This document shows, piece after piece, positions 13,370 to 24,631 of a DNA stretch of 64,000 nt. The stretch spans positions 20,968,169 to 21,032,168 of the forward strand of contig OZ316891.1 in NCBI GenBank assembly GCA_973895155.1, read 5' to 3'. Each line of letters begins with the position of its first letter. Within the stretch, counting starts at the first letter, position 1. The translations under genes and the position numbers were made by a program. The notes beneath the pieces were generated by a model. The model was not told the origin of the DNA and did not search any database. It worked only from the letters and a program-made list of their open reading frames with translations. The stretch is from Marsupella aquatica (lineage: Eukaryota > Plantae > Marchantiophyta).

Positions 13370-14199
13370 AGGTGAGCCGCTGTCACTAATTTTCAACTTT
13401 GTTCAAATTTTAGCTACCTGCATTGTCTCCATTCATACTGAAGACCGTGTGAATCTCTATGATTTCCATGTTTCTAGCAGAGTCACTGGATAGATGGCGA
13501 ACCTTGTAGAGAACAATCCTTAAGATAGTTGCCCATGAAGTCTATACCATAGCTGAAGGAAGATTACTAAGAAAGGAGTTGGTTAGAGTGTCTGTTACTC
13601 GATGGGGAGCTCTACTAATACTTTCGGCTCGCTCAAGAATATTTAAATTCCTTCAGATATGCTCAATTTTTTTCTCATGCAGTTCCACAATGTAGTCGTG
13701 ACCTGCCTTTGTTGAAATAGTTCTCATTGGCGGCAAAGGACTGTTGTGGGAGCCAAAGTAGTTTTTTGTCCAATTCCAGTAAATTTTACCCATTAATGTC
13801 GTATCTGTAAGGCTGACCTCCTTTTGTGGGATACTTTCTGAGGATGTTTTGTACATTGAATATAGGATCCAAGTGACCACAACATGGCGGAGGATTTGCA
13901 AGGTCAGCAACAAGAACAGGAAGTTCTAAACCTGAAAGAACTGTCACCGCCTCACTGTACCTTTGGAGGAGGCCATCTCGACTACCAACCAGGCTTCAGG
14001 ACTAGCGACAAGCAGTGAATTGAACGCAAGATCTGACAAAGGTTGTGGACTCTGAACTGTAGCCGGTCGGTTATGAAACCTCAACTAAATGATGGGTGGT
14101 GTCCATGGGAATACTGAAAGGTGCTCGGCCAGGTGCTCGCATCCAGGAAGCTTTGAGATTTGAGGATTCTAGGTTGAAGACCCTCCTATGCTCACAAAC
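13359..14199 (+). repeat. Direct-repeat copy (~840 bp) of 28582-29423
   Basis: Near-identical from TACAGGTGGACAGGTGAGCCGC to ATGCTCACAAAC. Paralogous ORFs 13653-13913 and 28857-29117 appear in the ORF track. Confidence 0.95.
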
Positions 14200-15884
14200 G
14201 TAGTGCCAAGCTGATTTGTATGCTTCTTGTTGGCAACTTCTCCCAATTGCAATGGATGCATTTAAAGAAGAGGTTAGAACTAACAAGGTAGAGCACGTTT
14301 GATCGACACATTGAGGGGAGTAAGTAAGGACACGAGAAGGAACTCATCAACGTCAAGGCAGACTTTGGTCAACAGCCTATTACATGCCTCCAGATTGAGA
14401 TTGGAAAGTAAATTGTACAAAGATCAGGGAGACCAATTGTCTCAGTTGGGAGCATATGTCCTTAACTCTGGTAGGGAATCCCAACTCTTTTTTCCTTTTC
14501 CAAAGCATTATACTATAAGAGTAGTATTGATTGTTTGAGCTAGTATGCTTGTCCTAAGGGACTGCCAGAGGCCTCATTAAGTGCCTGTTCAACAACTCTT
14601 TGTCGTTTCCTGCAACTTTTTTGGTAACCTGCCAAATTGGACTCTGTTCCTTGTCCTAAGCAATCTAGCAAACCCCAAACCTCATGTCTTTGTTGCCACC
14701 AAAAATATCTCCTACTGGACTCAAATCACCCTTGGGTGACTTGCATCGAGTACAAGAACGTGTTGAGTTCTAGGTGAGGGGAAATTTGGGTGTCCCCAGT
14801 GCTTTGTGCAATTTCCTTACCAACCAGGGTCTCTAATTGCCATAAATAAGAAAATGTACCCCTCTTCGAGGAATGAGGAAGATTACTCTTAAGATATCTG
14901 AATGGGCATCACATTGACCTTAAGCTACTCACATTTCACTGAAAAGGGGAATAGTCCAACCTGCCCTTGTTTCCCACATTTTCTCTGGCATGAGCATCAA
15001 ACTGACCAGAGATAATGAGTAATGCACAAATGGGCCACTCATAACAACATTCTTGACCGTCCTAACTTCAAAGACTTCTAAATTCAAATCAGCAATGATG
15101 CAAAAAAAGATGGTTGTGTTCCGAAGTACTGAGAGAAGAATGCAGTTCTTATGTCCCATTGCATCCCGTTCATATTTTCCATTCATTGTAGTTCTTCAGA
15201 TGTTAGAATACTTTTGACAATCCATTGTTAAATGGGACTCTATTAATAAATTCTTGTAGCTCTCTAGATGTATATACATGTTCCTTGGTATCACTTCCTA
15301 TTGTGAAGCTTGATCCTTAAAAGAATATGCGCTCAAACTGAAATTCTCAGTATTTGCACATGACATTTCACACTCACATAAATTCCACGAAGGCCCCTTT
15401 AACATAGCAGGCCTTAAAACTTGGGACATCGTGACAGGGTGTTGGAGACCAGGTTACTCTCCTATGCCTGGTTCTCCGTAACTTCTTCTTTTAAAAAAGT
15501 ACCATTCTTGTTTCTCCACATTAAAGTGTTCTCAAATTCAAAAGAAATTAATTCACAAGGGACAAGTGCCTGCAACCAAAGACGTGCAAGGATGTGTACA
15601 AGCATCAGTACATTCAAACACTTTTTCGCAACTCAATTGTTTCAAAACACCTATAAACCTGCAATTTTTGGAGCTTGACCACCATTGGGCCTAAAGGAGA
15701 CATTAATCTCTACTCGATTAGTTGAGTTGTTTCCCTTGCCTGAATTGTATCAATATCCATCAGCCAACCATACGTTGGAATAATCATGGAGACATATTGT
15801 AGTATGGACCAGCAGCCCCAAAGAACAAACAGGTTTGCTAGGGGAGTTTCATATATATGCAGCATCTAGAGTTGGTCATCGTCA

Positions 15885-18800
15885 GAAGAGACGGTACCTT
15901 TGGCACTAAACTCTCCAGACCTGTGGTATCATTGAAGCCCAGGTCATCCCTAGCCAGTTAATTAAGTGTCATACAAGGTTGGCCAAAGGGTTGTAATTTC
16001 TCAGGGTTTGGAGAAATCTTTTGAGTGGATGTAAAGATGATGGGTGTTGATGGTTATACTTAGAATAGACATTATCTTTGGCTCTCCAGATGGCTATCAT
16101 TAAAACTTAGGTCTTCCCTAGCCTGTTTAGTGTCAAACATGGTTGGCCAAAGGGTTGTGATTTTTAGGTATGGAAATATTTGTTGAGTTGATGTAATTAA
16201 AGATGATGGTGTTGATGGTTATAGTTAGAATAGACGTTGTCTTTGGCACTGAACTCTCCATATGGCTATTATTGAAGCGCAGGTCTTCCCTAGCCTGTTC
16301 AGTGTCATACAAGGTTGGCCAAAGGGTTGTAATTCTCAGGTTGAGAAGAATCAATTGAGTTGATGTAAAGATGATGGGTGTTGATGGTCACAGTTAGAAT
16401 AGACGGTGTCTTTGGTACTGAACTCTCCAGATGGCTATCATTGAAGCCCAGGTGTTCCCTAGCATGTTCAGTGTCATACAAGGTTAGCCAAAGGGTTGTA
16501 ATTCTCAGGTTCGGAAAGATTTATTGAGTTGATGTAAAGATGATGAGTGTTGAGGGTCACAATTAGAATAGACCATATCTTTGGCACTGAACTGTCCAAA
16601 TGGCTATCATTGGAGCCCAGGTCTTCCCTAGCCTGTTCAGTGTCAGACAAGGTTAGCCAAAGGGTTGTAATTCTCAGGTTGAGAAAAATCTATTGAGTTG
16701 ATGTAAAGATGATGGGTGTTGATGGTCACAATTAGAATAGATGGTGTTGTTGGCAGTGAACTCTCAACTAAGATAGCTATCATTGAAGCCCAGGTCTTTC
16801 CTAGCCTGTCATACAAGGTTGGCCAAAGGGTTGTAATTCTCAGGTTTGGAAAAATCTATTGATTTGAGGCAAAGATGATGGGTGTTGAGTATCACAGTTA
16901 GAATAGACAGTATCTTTTGTACCGAACTGTCCAAATGGCTATGATCATTGGAGCCCAGGTCTTCCCTAGCCTGTTCAGTGTCATAGAAGGTTGGCCAACG
17001 GGTTGTAATTCTCAGGTTGAGAAAAATCTATTGAGTTGATGTAAAGATGATGGGTGTTGATGGTCACAGTTAGAATAGACAGTGTCTTTGGCACTGAACT
17101 CTCCAGATGGCTCTCATTGAAGCCCAGGTCTTCCCTAGCATGTCCGGTGTCATACAAGGTTAGCCAAAGGGTTGCAATTCTCAGGTTCGGTAAAATTTAT
17201 TGAGTTGATGTAAAGATGATGGGTGTTGATGGTCACAATTAGAATATATGGTATCTTTGGCACTGAACTGTCCAGATGGCTATCATTGGAGCCAAGGTGT
17301 TCCCTAGCCTATTCAGTGTCATACAAGGTTGGCCAAAGGGTTGTAATTCTCGGGTCTGGGAAAATATATTGAGCTGATGTAAAGATGATGGGTGTTGATG
17401 GTCACAATTAGAATAGATGGTATCTTTGGCACTGAACTCTCAACTAAGATAGCTATCATTGAAGCCCAGGTCTTCCCTAGCCTGTCATACAAGGTTGGCC
17501 AAAGGGTTGTAATTCTCAGGTTTAGAAAAATCTTGTGATTTGCGATAAAGATGATGGGTGTTGAGGGTCACAATTAGAATAGACGGTATCTTTTGTACTG
17601 AACTGTGCAGATGGCTATCATTGGAGCCAAGGTGTTCCCTAGCCTGTTCAGTGTCATACAAGGTTGGCCAAAGGGTTCTAATTCTCAGGTTGAGAAGGAT
17701 CAGTTGAGTTGATGTAAAGATGATGGGTGTTGATGTTCACAATTAGAATATATGGTACGTGTTGTTGGCAGTGAACTCTCAACTAAGATAGCTATCATTG
17801 AAGCCCAGATCTTCCCTAGCCTGTCATACAAGGTTGGCCAAAGGGTTGTAATTCTCAGGTTTAGAAAATCTAGTGATTTGAGGTAAAGATGATGGGTGTT
17901 GAGGGTCACAATTAGAATAGATGGTATCTGTTGTACTGAACTGTCCAGATGGCTATCATTGGAGCCAAGGTGTTCCCTAGCCTGTTCAGTGTCATACAAG
18001 GTTGGCCAAAGGGTTGTAATTCTCAGGTTGAGAAGGATCAGTTGAGTTGATGTAAAGATGATGGGTGTTAATGGTCACAATTAGAATAGATGATGTTGTT
18101 GGCAGTGAACTCTCAACCAAGATAGCTATCATTGAAGCCCAGGTCTTCCCTAGCCTGTCATACAAGGTAGGCCAAAGGGTTGTAATTCTCAGGTTTAGAA
18201 AAATCTAGTGATTTGAGGTAAAGATGATGGGTGTTGAGGGTCACAATTAGAATAGACGGTATCTTTTGTACTGAACTGTCCAGATGGCTATCATTGGAGC
18301 CGAGGTGTTCCCTAGCCTGTTCAGTGTCATACACGGTTGGCCAAAGGGTTGTAATTCTCAGGTTGAGAAGAATCAATTGAGTTGATGTAAAGATGATGGG
18401 TGTTGATGGTCACAATTAGAATAGATGGTGTTGTTGGCAGTGAACTCTCAAGTAAGATAGCTATCATTGAAGCCCATGTCTTCCTTGTTCAATGCCATAC
18501 ATATATGGTTGCCCAAAGGGTAGAAGTTTCGTAGGTTTTGAATTGTCTACTGAGTTGATGTAAAGATGATGGGTGTTGTTGGTCATAATCAGGAGATGGT
18601 AGTTTTGGCACTGAACTCTCCAGGTGTCTATCAGTGAAGCCCACTTCTTCCCTCTTTAGTGACATACATGGTTGGCCATATATCAGAGTTGTAATTTCTC
18701 AATCAGATTTTCAATTGTCTATTGAGTTTCCGTAAAGATGATGGGTGTTGTTAGTCACAGACATAAGAGACTCCATAATACTGGCCGTGGCTATCATTGA
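15885..18800. repeat. Tandem array of ~17 units of 165-173 bp (mostly 169 bp) with an alternating A/B ~335-bp dimer
   Basis: Anchor AAAGATGATGGGTGTT (or a close variant) recurs near 16033, 16199, 16367, 16536, 16705, 16871, 17043, 17212, 17381, 17547, 17716, 17885, 18054, 18219, 18388, 18562 and 18734. Terminal units are the most diverged. Confidence 0.95.
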
Positions 18801-19719
18801 CATCAAGTCCCCTCAACTGGAAATGTGGAGTGCCATCCCTCTTAAGAATTCCTCAAAATGATGTTGCACCTCAAAACAAGAGGTAATAGATCCTGCTCGG
18901 ACACACAGGCTGGACTGCTGTCCCTCTTCAAAGAGCTCGGTCGCTAGTCTCCCTAAAGAAATCTCACCAATGTTATCGTGCATTGCATCACTATGTTTTC
19001 GTCAAGTGTCAAGTCCATACAACTCGTTGATGCTCTTCGTCCCAATCCAGAGAGGTCTCCTCGTAAGTTATTGGGCTGCAAACTCTCACAATTTGATGTA
19101 ACGAAGAAAACAAGCGGAGTGGACTTGTAGATAGGGAAGCTTGCAGTTGACTTGACCCTCAAAATTATGCTCCTCAATCAGCTAATAGAGGTGAAGGTGA
19201 TGGCCCATTGGAAGCTTGCTTATTGAGTACTGCTCGGGACAATACTTGTTAAAGCACAGGTGGCTTTACTGAATAAGATTCACCATTCAGGCATGTCACG
19301 AGGCCCCGTAGCTTGTACTCCATGACATAATCTCACATGTCATATACTCCAGTCTCATGTCTCGTAGCTGTTCATCCAGATTTCACAATCATTGATTCAT
19401 TCCAATTCCACCGACAACATGTTTGACCTTGTCACAGGATGAATGGTTCACCATTGATTGATTCCAATTTCACTGAGAGTGTGTTGCCGACTTTGTCACA
19501 GGATGAATGGCTTGACGATTTTTCGCCAGGCTTCAGAATGAATTCATTCTAATTTTTCTGCAGGCTTCACAATGAATTCATTCTAATTTTGAAATCAATA
19601 AAGATCTTACTGGGGAGTACGTAGAATTCCCAGAGAAGGGAGGAGGGAGGGGAGTACCGAAGATGGGGCTATAATGGAATTTAATAGTCTAACGTCAAGG
19701 ACGAGGGCCGAATCGTCAC

Positions 19720-20375
19720 ATGCTCGATGAAGAGGTGAGACGCTTCACCTCTGAATTGCTTCGACGCTTGACAAAGGGCCGGGGCTGTGTTTCCAGCCGT
19801 ATGCCGTGACGCCGTATAGTTTTTGTAGGCCTTCGATGAATGTTCTGGAGACGAGAGACGAGAAGGGCCTGATTGTTATATATATACTCAATGAAGATGG
19901 GGTCCGGGGCTGTGTTTCCAGCCGTATGCCGTGATGCCGTATAATTTTTGTAGGCCTTCGATGAATGTTCTGGAGACGAGAGACGAGAAGGGCCTGATTG
20001 TTGTATACATACTCAATGAAGATGTGCCTGGACGTCGATCCGTGCCAGATGGTGTGTCTCCAGCTGTACGCCAGGATGCAACAAAATTAGTGGCCCTTCG
20101 GTGAATCTTCTGGAGACAAGGAAAAGGGCCTGATTGTCTTGTACTCGATGAAGATGTGCGACGCTTCAACGCTGGATTGCTTCGACCCGTGCGACATGGC
20201 GAGGGGTGTGTCTCCAGCTGTACGGCAGGATGCAACAAATTGGTAGCCTTTGGGTGAATGGTCTGGAGACAAGGATAAGGGCCTGACTTGTACTCGATGA
20301 AGATGTGCGACGCTTCAACTCTGGATTGCTTCGATCCATGCCAAATGGCGAGAGGTGTGTCCCCAGCTGCATGCC
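19720..20375. repeat. Composite tandem repeat (~125-150-bp units)
   Basis: ~19780-19895 is duplicated at ~19905-20020. TACTCGATGAAGATGTGCGACGCTTCAAC-like motif near 19720, 20142 and 20291. TCTGGAGAC...GGGCCTGA occurs 4 times. Confidence 0.85.
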
Positions 20376-21072
20376 ACTTGAAGATTTTTGCAAACGCGGT
20401 TTTGCTGTTATTGGACAGATGAAAGAGACCGGACTGGGAATAGTGACTTTCCGCAGAATTGTGGGTTCAATTCATTTTGACATGGAGCTAAAATGCCAAG
20501 GTCGATCTAATCGGAGTGTCAATGCGATATTTTGCAACTTAGTTTTTTTTCATCCAGTTTATTTTAATGCTACTAATCAGGACATTGACCAAACATCATT
20601 GAGGAGAGCAAACTCTGAACGACAGTTACAACTTCCACCCAATTTGCAGGAAGTAGGATTTATTTCCTATTCCGAAGTGATATATTTGGTAATCGATGTC
20701 TATGATACAAACATTCTTAATCTAAAGGATAATTATAAGTCGCTGCTTATAGTAGTACACCGTTCTGAACGTGCAAGCTGGAGACGGTTGCCTATCTTGA
20801 CCTCAACGTTTCTCTGGGACTCTACAAGCATGGAGCTGTCGCTCGATCAGCTAACGTCCATAAATAAACGAAGCTATAATGCCTCCCACCTTAATAACCT
20901 CAGATCCTGATAGATCGGTTAGCGGCTTCCTCAGCATGTTCAGGACGAAAATGTTAACTATCCGATCCCAGTTCACAGCACTCTAATGAAGGCTCATGCT
21001 CAGTCAGGAATGCTGCCATATAAACCCGTGTTGCAATTAGAAACACGTGGTAGTTGACTAAGATTTACCATC

Positions 21073-22782
21073 TTAGGCGTTGAGAGAGCTGGCAGCATAT
21101 TTAGGTGGATCCACGTCGGGCTCCTGAGGAGAGTCATCATCAGATTCTATCCTAGTGAAGGATAACTTCAGTTGTGGGAGAGAAGCACCATCGACTGCTG
21201 TGAGAGTTGTGTCCGCCAGAATTTTGTCGTCCTCCTTGAAGTCTCCTCTAAGAATGCCCTTTGCCAGCTCATATTCTACATGTTGCTGAATCACCCTCTT
21301 CACAGGCCTAGCACCATAATTAGGGTCGTAGCCGAGATTCGCCAGTAGTGAAATTGCTGTGTCGCTTCCATTCAAAGTTATCTTCTTGCTGTCAAGTCTC
21401 GTTTGTACTCTATCCAACTGCAAACGCAATACCAAAAAGAGGGAACATCGAATCAGATTTACACGATCATGTCACGGTTTTTTTGAAAACCAAATTTACA
21501 AACAAAAAAAAGCCTCCTCGACTCTAGTTCCAGTAATTCAAATCAATAAATAGAGCCCAAAATGACTTTAGCTATCGGAAAGTTTAGACGTTCGATCAGC
21601 TCGAGGACTGATAATCTCAGATAGGACTAAAATCCAGTGTTAACCTACAGAGTGGACAGCTCCAGGGTCTCTCTATCAAGTCAAGTACAAACCAAGTCAG
21701 TAGTAACCATTCATCTTTCTAGTACATTATCTACTCATACGTTCATGCAGTCATGCTGTTTCTTCAACACAAGCCCTCTGAAAACCGCTTCCAACTTAAT
21801 GACTGACGAAAACTCCGCAACATTCATTCATCCATTACACACTGTCCGCCCTCTGTACTCTCTTACAAACTGCTACAAAATTCCAAGGAGTCTCATTCGA
21901 AATCCGTCGGAAAACCCGCTTCCAACTCATGGGGCCTGATATACTAATGACTACAGAAATTCCGCAGTAACAATTCTATACTGTTCGTCCTCTGGTCTCT
22001 CTCTTACAGACCGCTACGAAATCTTTAAGGGTTTGATTCCAAATCAATGCCTCATGAGAGTTCATCTCCCTCCACAATACTGCTTGTCAGTCTAGCTTAA
22101 TTACAAAGAGAAATTAGAGAGACATACACGTAATTTTACAATGCGGCTGATCTGCTCACGGTCGAGAAATTGGAATACAATGTACTCATCCCCCCGGTTC
22201 ATGAACTCAGGTCGGAAGTCATCCTAGCAGCCTCCATCACGCGGTTTCTCATAGCCTGGTATGTCATCTCGTCAGCACTGTTGAGAACGTATTGCGATCC
22301 CACGTTCGCCGTCATGATGATGATGGTGTTGTTGAAATGCACAATTCTTCCTCTCGAGTCAGTCACTCTCCCGTCATCGAGAATCTGGAGGAAGAGATTG
22401 AACACATCTGAATGTGCTTTCTCAATTTCATCGAAGAGGAGGACCGAGTAAGGTCTACGACGCACAGCTTTCGTCAGCTGACCACCTTCTTCGTAGCCTA
22501 CATAACCGGGGGGAGCACCAATCAGTCTGGAGACAGAGTGTTTCTCCATGTATTCGCTCATGTCAGTGCGAATTAATGCTTCCTCTGTGTCGAATAAATG
22601 AAAGGTCAGCGCCTTAGCCAGCTCCGTTTTCCCAACACCTGTTGGGCCCATAAACATGAAGCTCGCTATGGGTTTATTGGGATCCGAAAGCCCAGCTCGT
22701 GAGGGCTGGATCGCTTTTGCAACAGACCGCAAGGCTGGGTCCTGACCAATCACACGTTTATGGAGCTCTTCGTCCACCTGTA
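21073..22782 (-). pseudogene. CLPB3: Plastid/organellar ClpB pseudogene, 3' portion (NBD2 and C-terminal domain), inverted relative to its 5' portion
   Basis: Exon 22782-22128 has [11 protein letters not shown], Walker [18 protein letters not shown], Walker [11 protein letters not shown], and a 1-nt deletion before [12 protein letters not shown] intron 22127-21418. Last exon 21417-21073 has LGYDPNYGARPVKRVIQQ...KGILRGDFKE and a stop. Confidence 0.92.
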
Positions 22783-24049
22783 CCTGAAATTCCGTGTTTC
22801 GGGACTCTCTTGAAGCTTTGGTTTTGAGTTTAGTGCTTGGTCAGTAGATCCATCGGGTGCAGTGGAATGAGGTTCAAATCCTTCACTCACTATCTTGTTT
22901 TGAAAATTGTCTTCATCGTCCATATCCACATTAACACCCTGCACCAACCCAAGGTCACATTACGGCAACTTATAAGAGAAACACTTCTCCACCTCTATCG
23001 GAATTGGAATAGAAATTTGAGATATGCGTCGTTACCTGGTTCCTCTGGCCGGACCCAAAAAGGACAACAGAAGATCTTTCGTTTGCTTTGTCTAAATCCG
23101 ACAGCTGCCGACTGAAAAACTCTTCTTCGACCTGCAGAATAGCATATTCACACTGGAGCGAGTCACAGCCGTTCTTCATGTAAAATTCAGGGTTCAGGGT
23201 TTGAGTTTCATCTTAGTGAGGTCGATGACTCAGCCTTTCCTTGTTTGACTCACGATAAGAATGCCATTTCCATTCAGGACAAGTCTGGACACAATTCTCT
23301 TGTCAACAATCGCTCAACAGAATCACCATCTGCTAAATTACTTGTCACGATGGACGATCGTGCAAGGGTTTAGGTTTATGCGAGGAGACTCTCAGTTCAG
23401 CGGGAAAGGACATGTGCCAAACAGACCTGAAGGCAGTGGAGCTGATCAGCGATCTTTGCGTTCATCAACTGAAGTGTGTTGGCCTCTTCTTCTAAGAATC
23501 TGCCATGGGACAAGTTATCAGACCGAGGCCATTCGATCCTTACCAAACAATCCTTAAACCATAAACCCAAAACTCTAAGTGGAAAAAACAAAGGAATCAG
23601 TCTGTTTCTCAATGAAATGGAGCAAAATTCTTAGGAGAAGAAGGTGAGGCGGACAAACCTGAGAAGCTCTGCTGGGGTCAGGTGCTCCATGTTGCGTACA
23701 GACGGCCCAGTAGCTGCAGCAGAGCCACGGCTAAAAGAGAACCATGGCTCTCTCAAGATTCGTCATTTGATGATATGAATCATTTCCTTTGTCAACAGGT
23801 TCGCCAGATGAGATATCTCACATCAAAGCTGCTCAGAATGATCATTCTGAGAATTTTAGTGTGATGAAGAAAGCTTTCACAGTGTAGAAGCACGGTCTTA
23901 TTTAATTCCCCTCCATCCGAAACTTTGCTTGTACTTGATGGGTCCTCATCAAGACATAAAGTTGTCAATCCTGCCCAAGAAGAAATTGGCTCTTCCCTAG
24001 CTGCAAGTCAAAATTAGCTTTCCGTGAACTCTGCATGGAAACCAGCCCC
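22772..24049 (-). repeat. Left arm (~1.28 kb) of an inverted repeat with 27308-28592
   Basis: Mirror-image ORF pairs (23397-23612 vs 27745-27960; 23682-23864 vs 27493-27675; 22750-22947 vs 28415-28612). Ends checked at nucleotide level. Confidence 0.95.
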
Positions 24050-24533
24050 GGCTTTGAGGGGAGACTAGAGTTACTAGTAGGCTGTGGGGACACTAGAGTT
24101 ACAAATAGGTTTAATAACAAGGTGAAATGGAAGACGGGACCATGCTAATGCATCTCCAAAGTAGATGTGGTGTGATGGTCCCCATGGAAGAAGAACAGGC
24201 CATGAGATCGGATGTGGTGTCAAGGTCCCCACTTTCCCGAAATTAGGAGAAGAATGAGGATAGAAACTCTTTAAACCTGGCGGATCTCTACATAGGAAAC
24301 TCACACTACTACATACAGACAACCTTGGGTCTTTCCAAAACATATTGTGTCGGATTGCATACGTGCTATGGTTAAGCTGAGCAGCATTCTACCTTCTTCG
24401 TGGCCGTTACCTCAGTGTTACACTAATACGCACATATCCAAATAACATAACCAAAGCCAGAATATATTAAAATTGTGACATCTTTATAAACACAATAAAA
24501 ATAATGATAGTATTGTAAATTAAAACCTCTTTA

Positions 24534-24631
24534 AAGAAGTTGTTCTTGTAAACACTAAATGCCTTGTTTCCAGAACATTGTGTTTTAGTGACATATTTAT
24601 AAAAATAATAACAATATTGTAAATTACAACA
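24534..24631 (-). repeat. Extension of the inverted repeat (~100 bp), pairing with ~27189-27286
   Basis: AAGAAGTTGTTCTTGTA...GTAAATTACAACA matches the reverse complement of ~27189-27286. It is separated from the main left arm by ~480 bp largely absent from the right arm. Confidence 0.85.

Noticed and set aside
15885-18800. CRISPR-like array
   Set aside because: Whole units are repeated with no unique spacers, there are no cas genes, and the context is eukaryotic.
20305-20910. 201-aa + strand ORF
   Set aside because: Starts at GTG inside a tandem repeat, has no recognisable domain, and lies just downstream of and antisense to the ClpB 3' end; likely a chance ORF.
22199-22777. Functional stand-alone or fused ClpB NBD2 gene
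   Set aside because: GTG start at the breakpoint, frameshift near 22215, and gene-X exon and ClpB frames differ at the junction.
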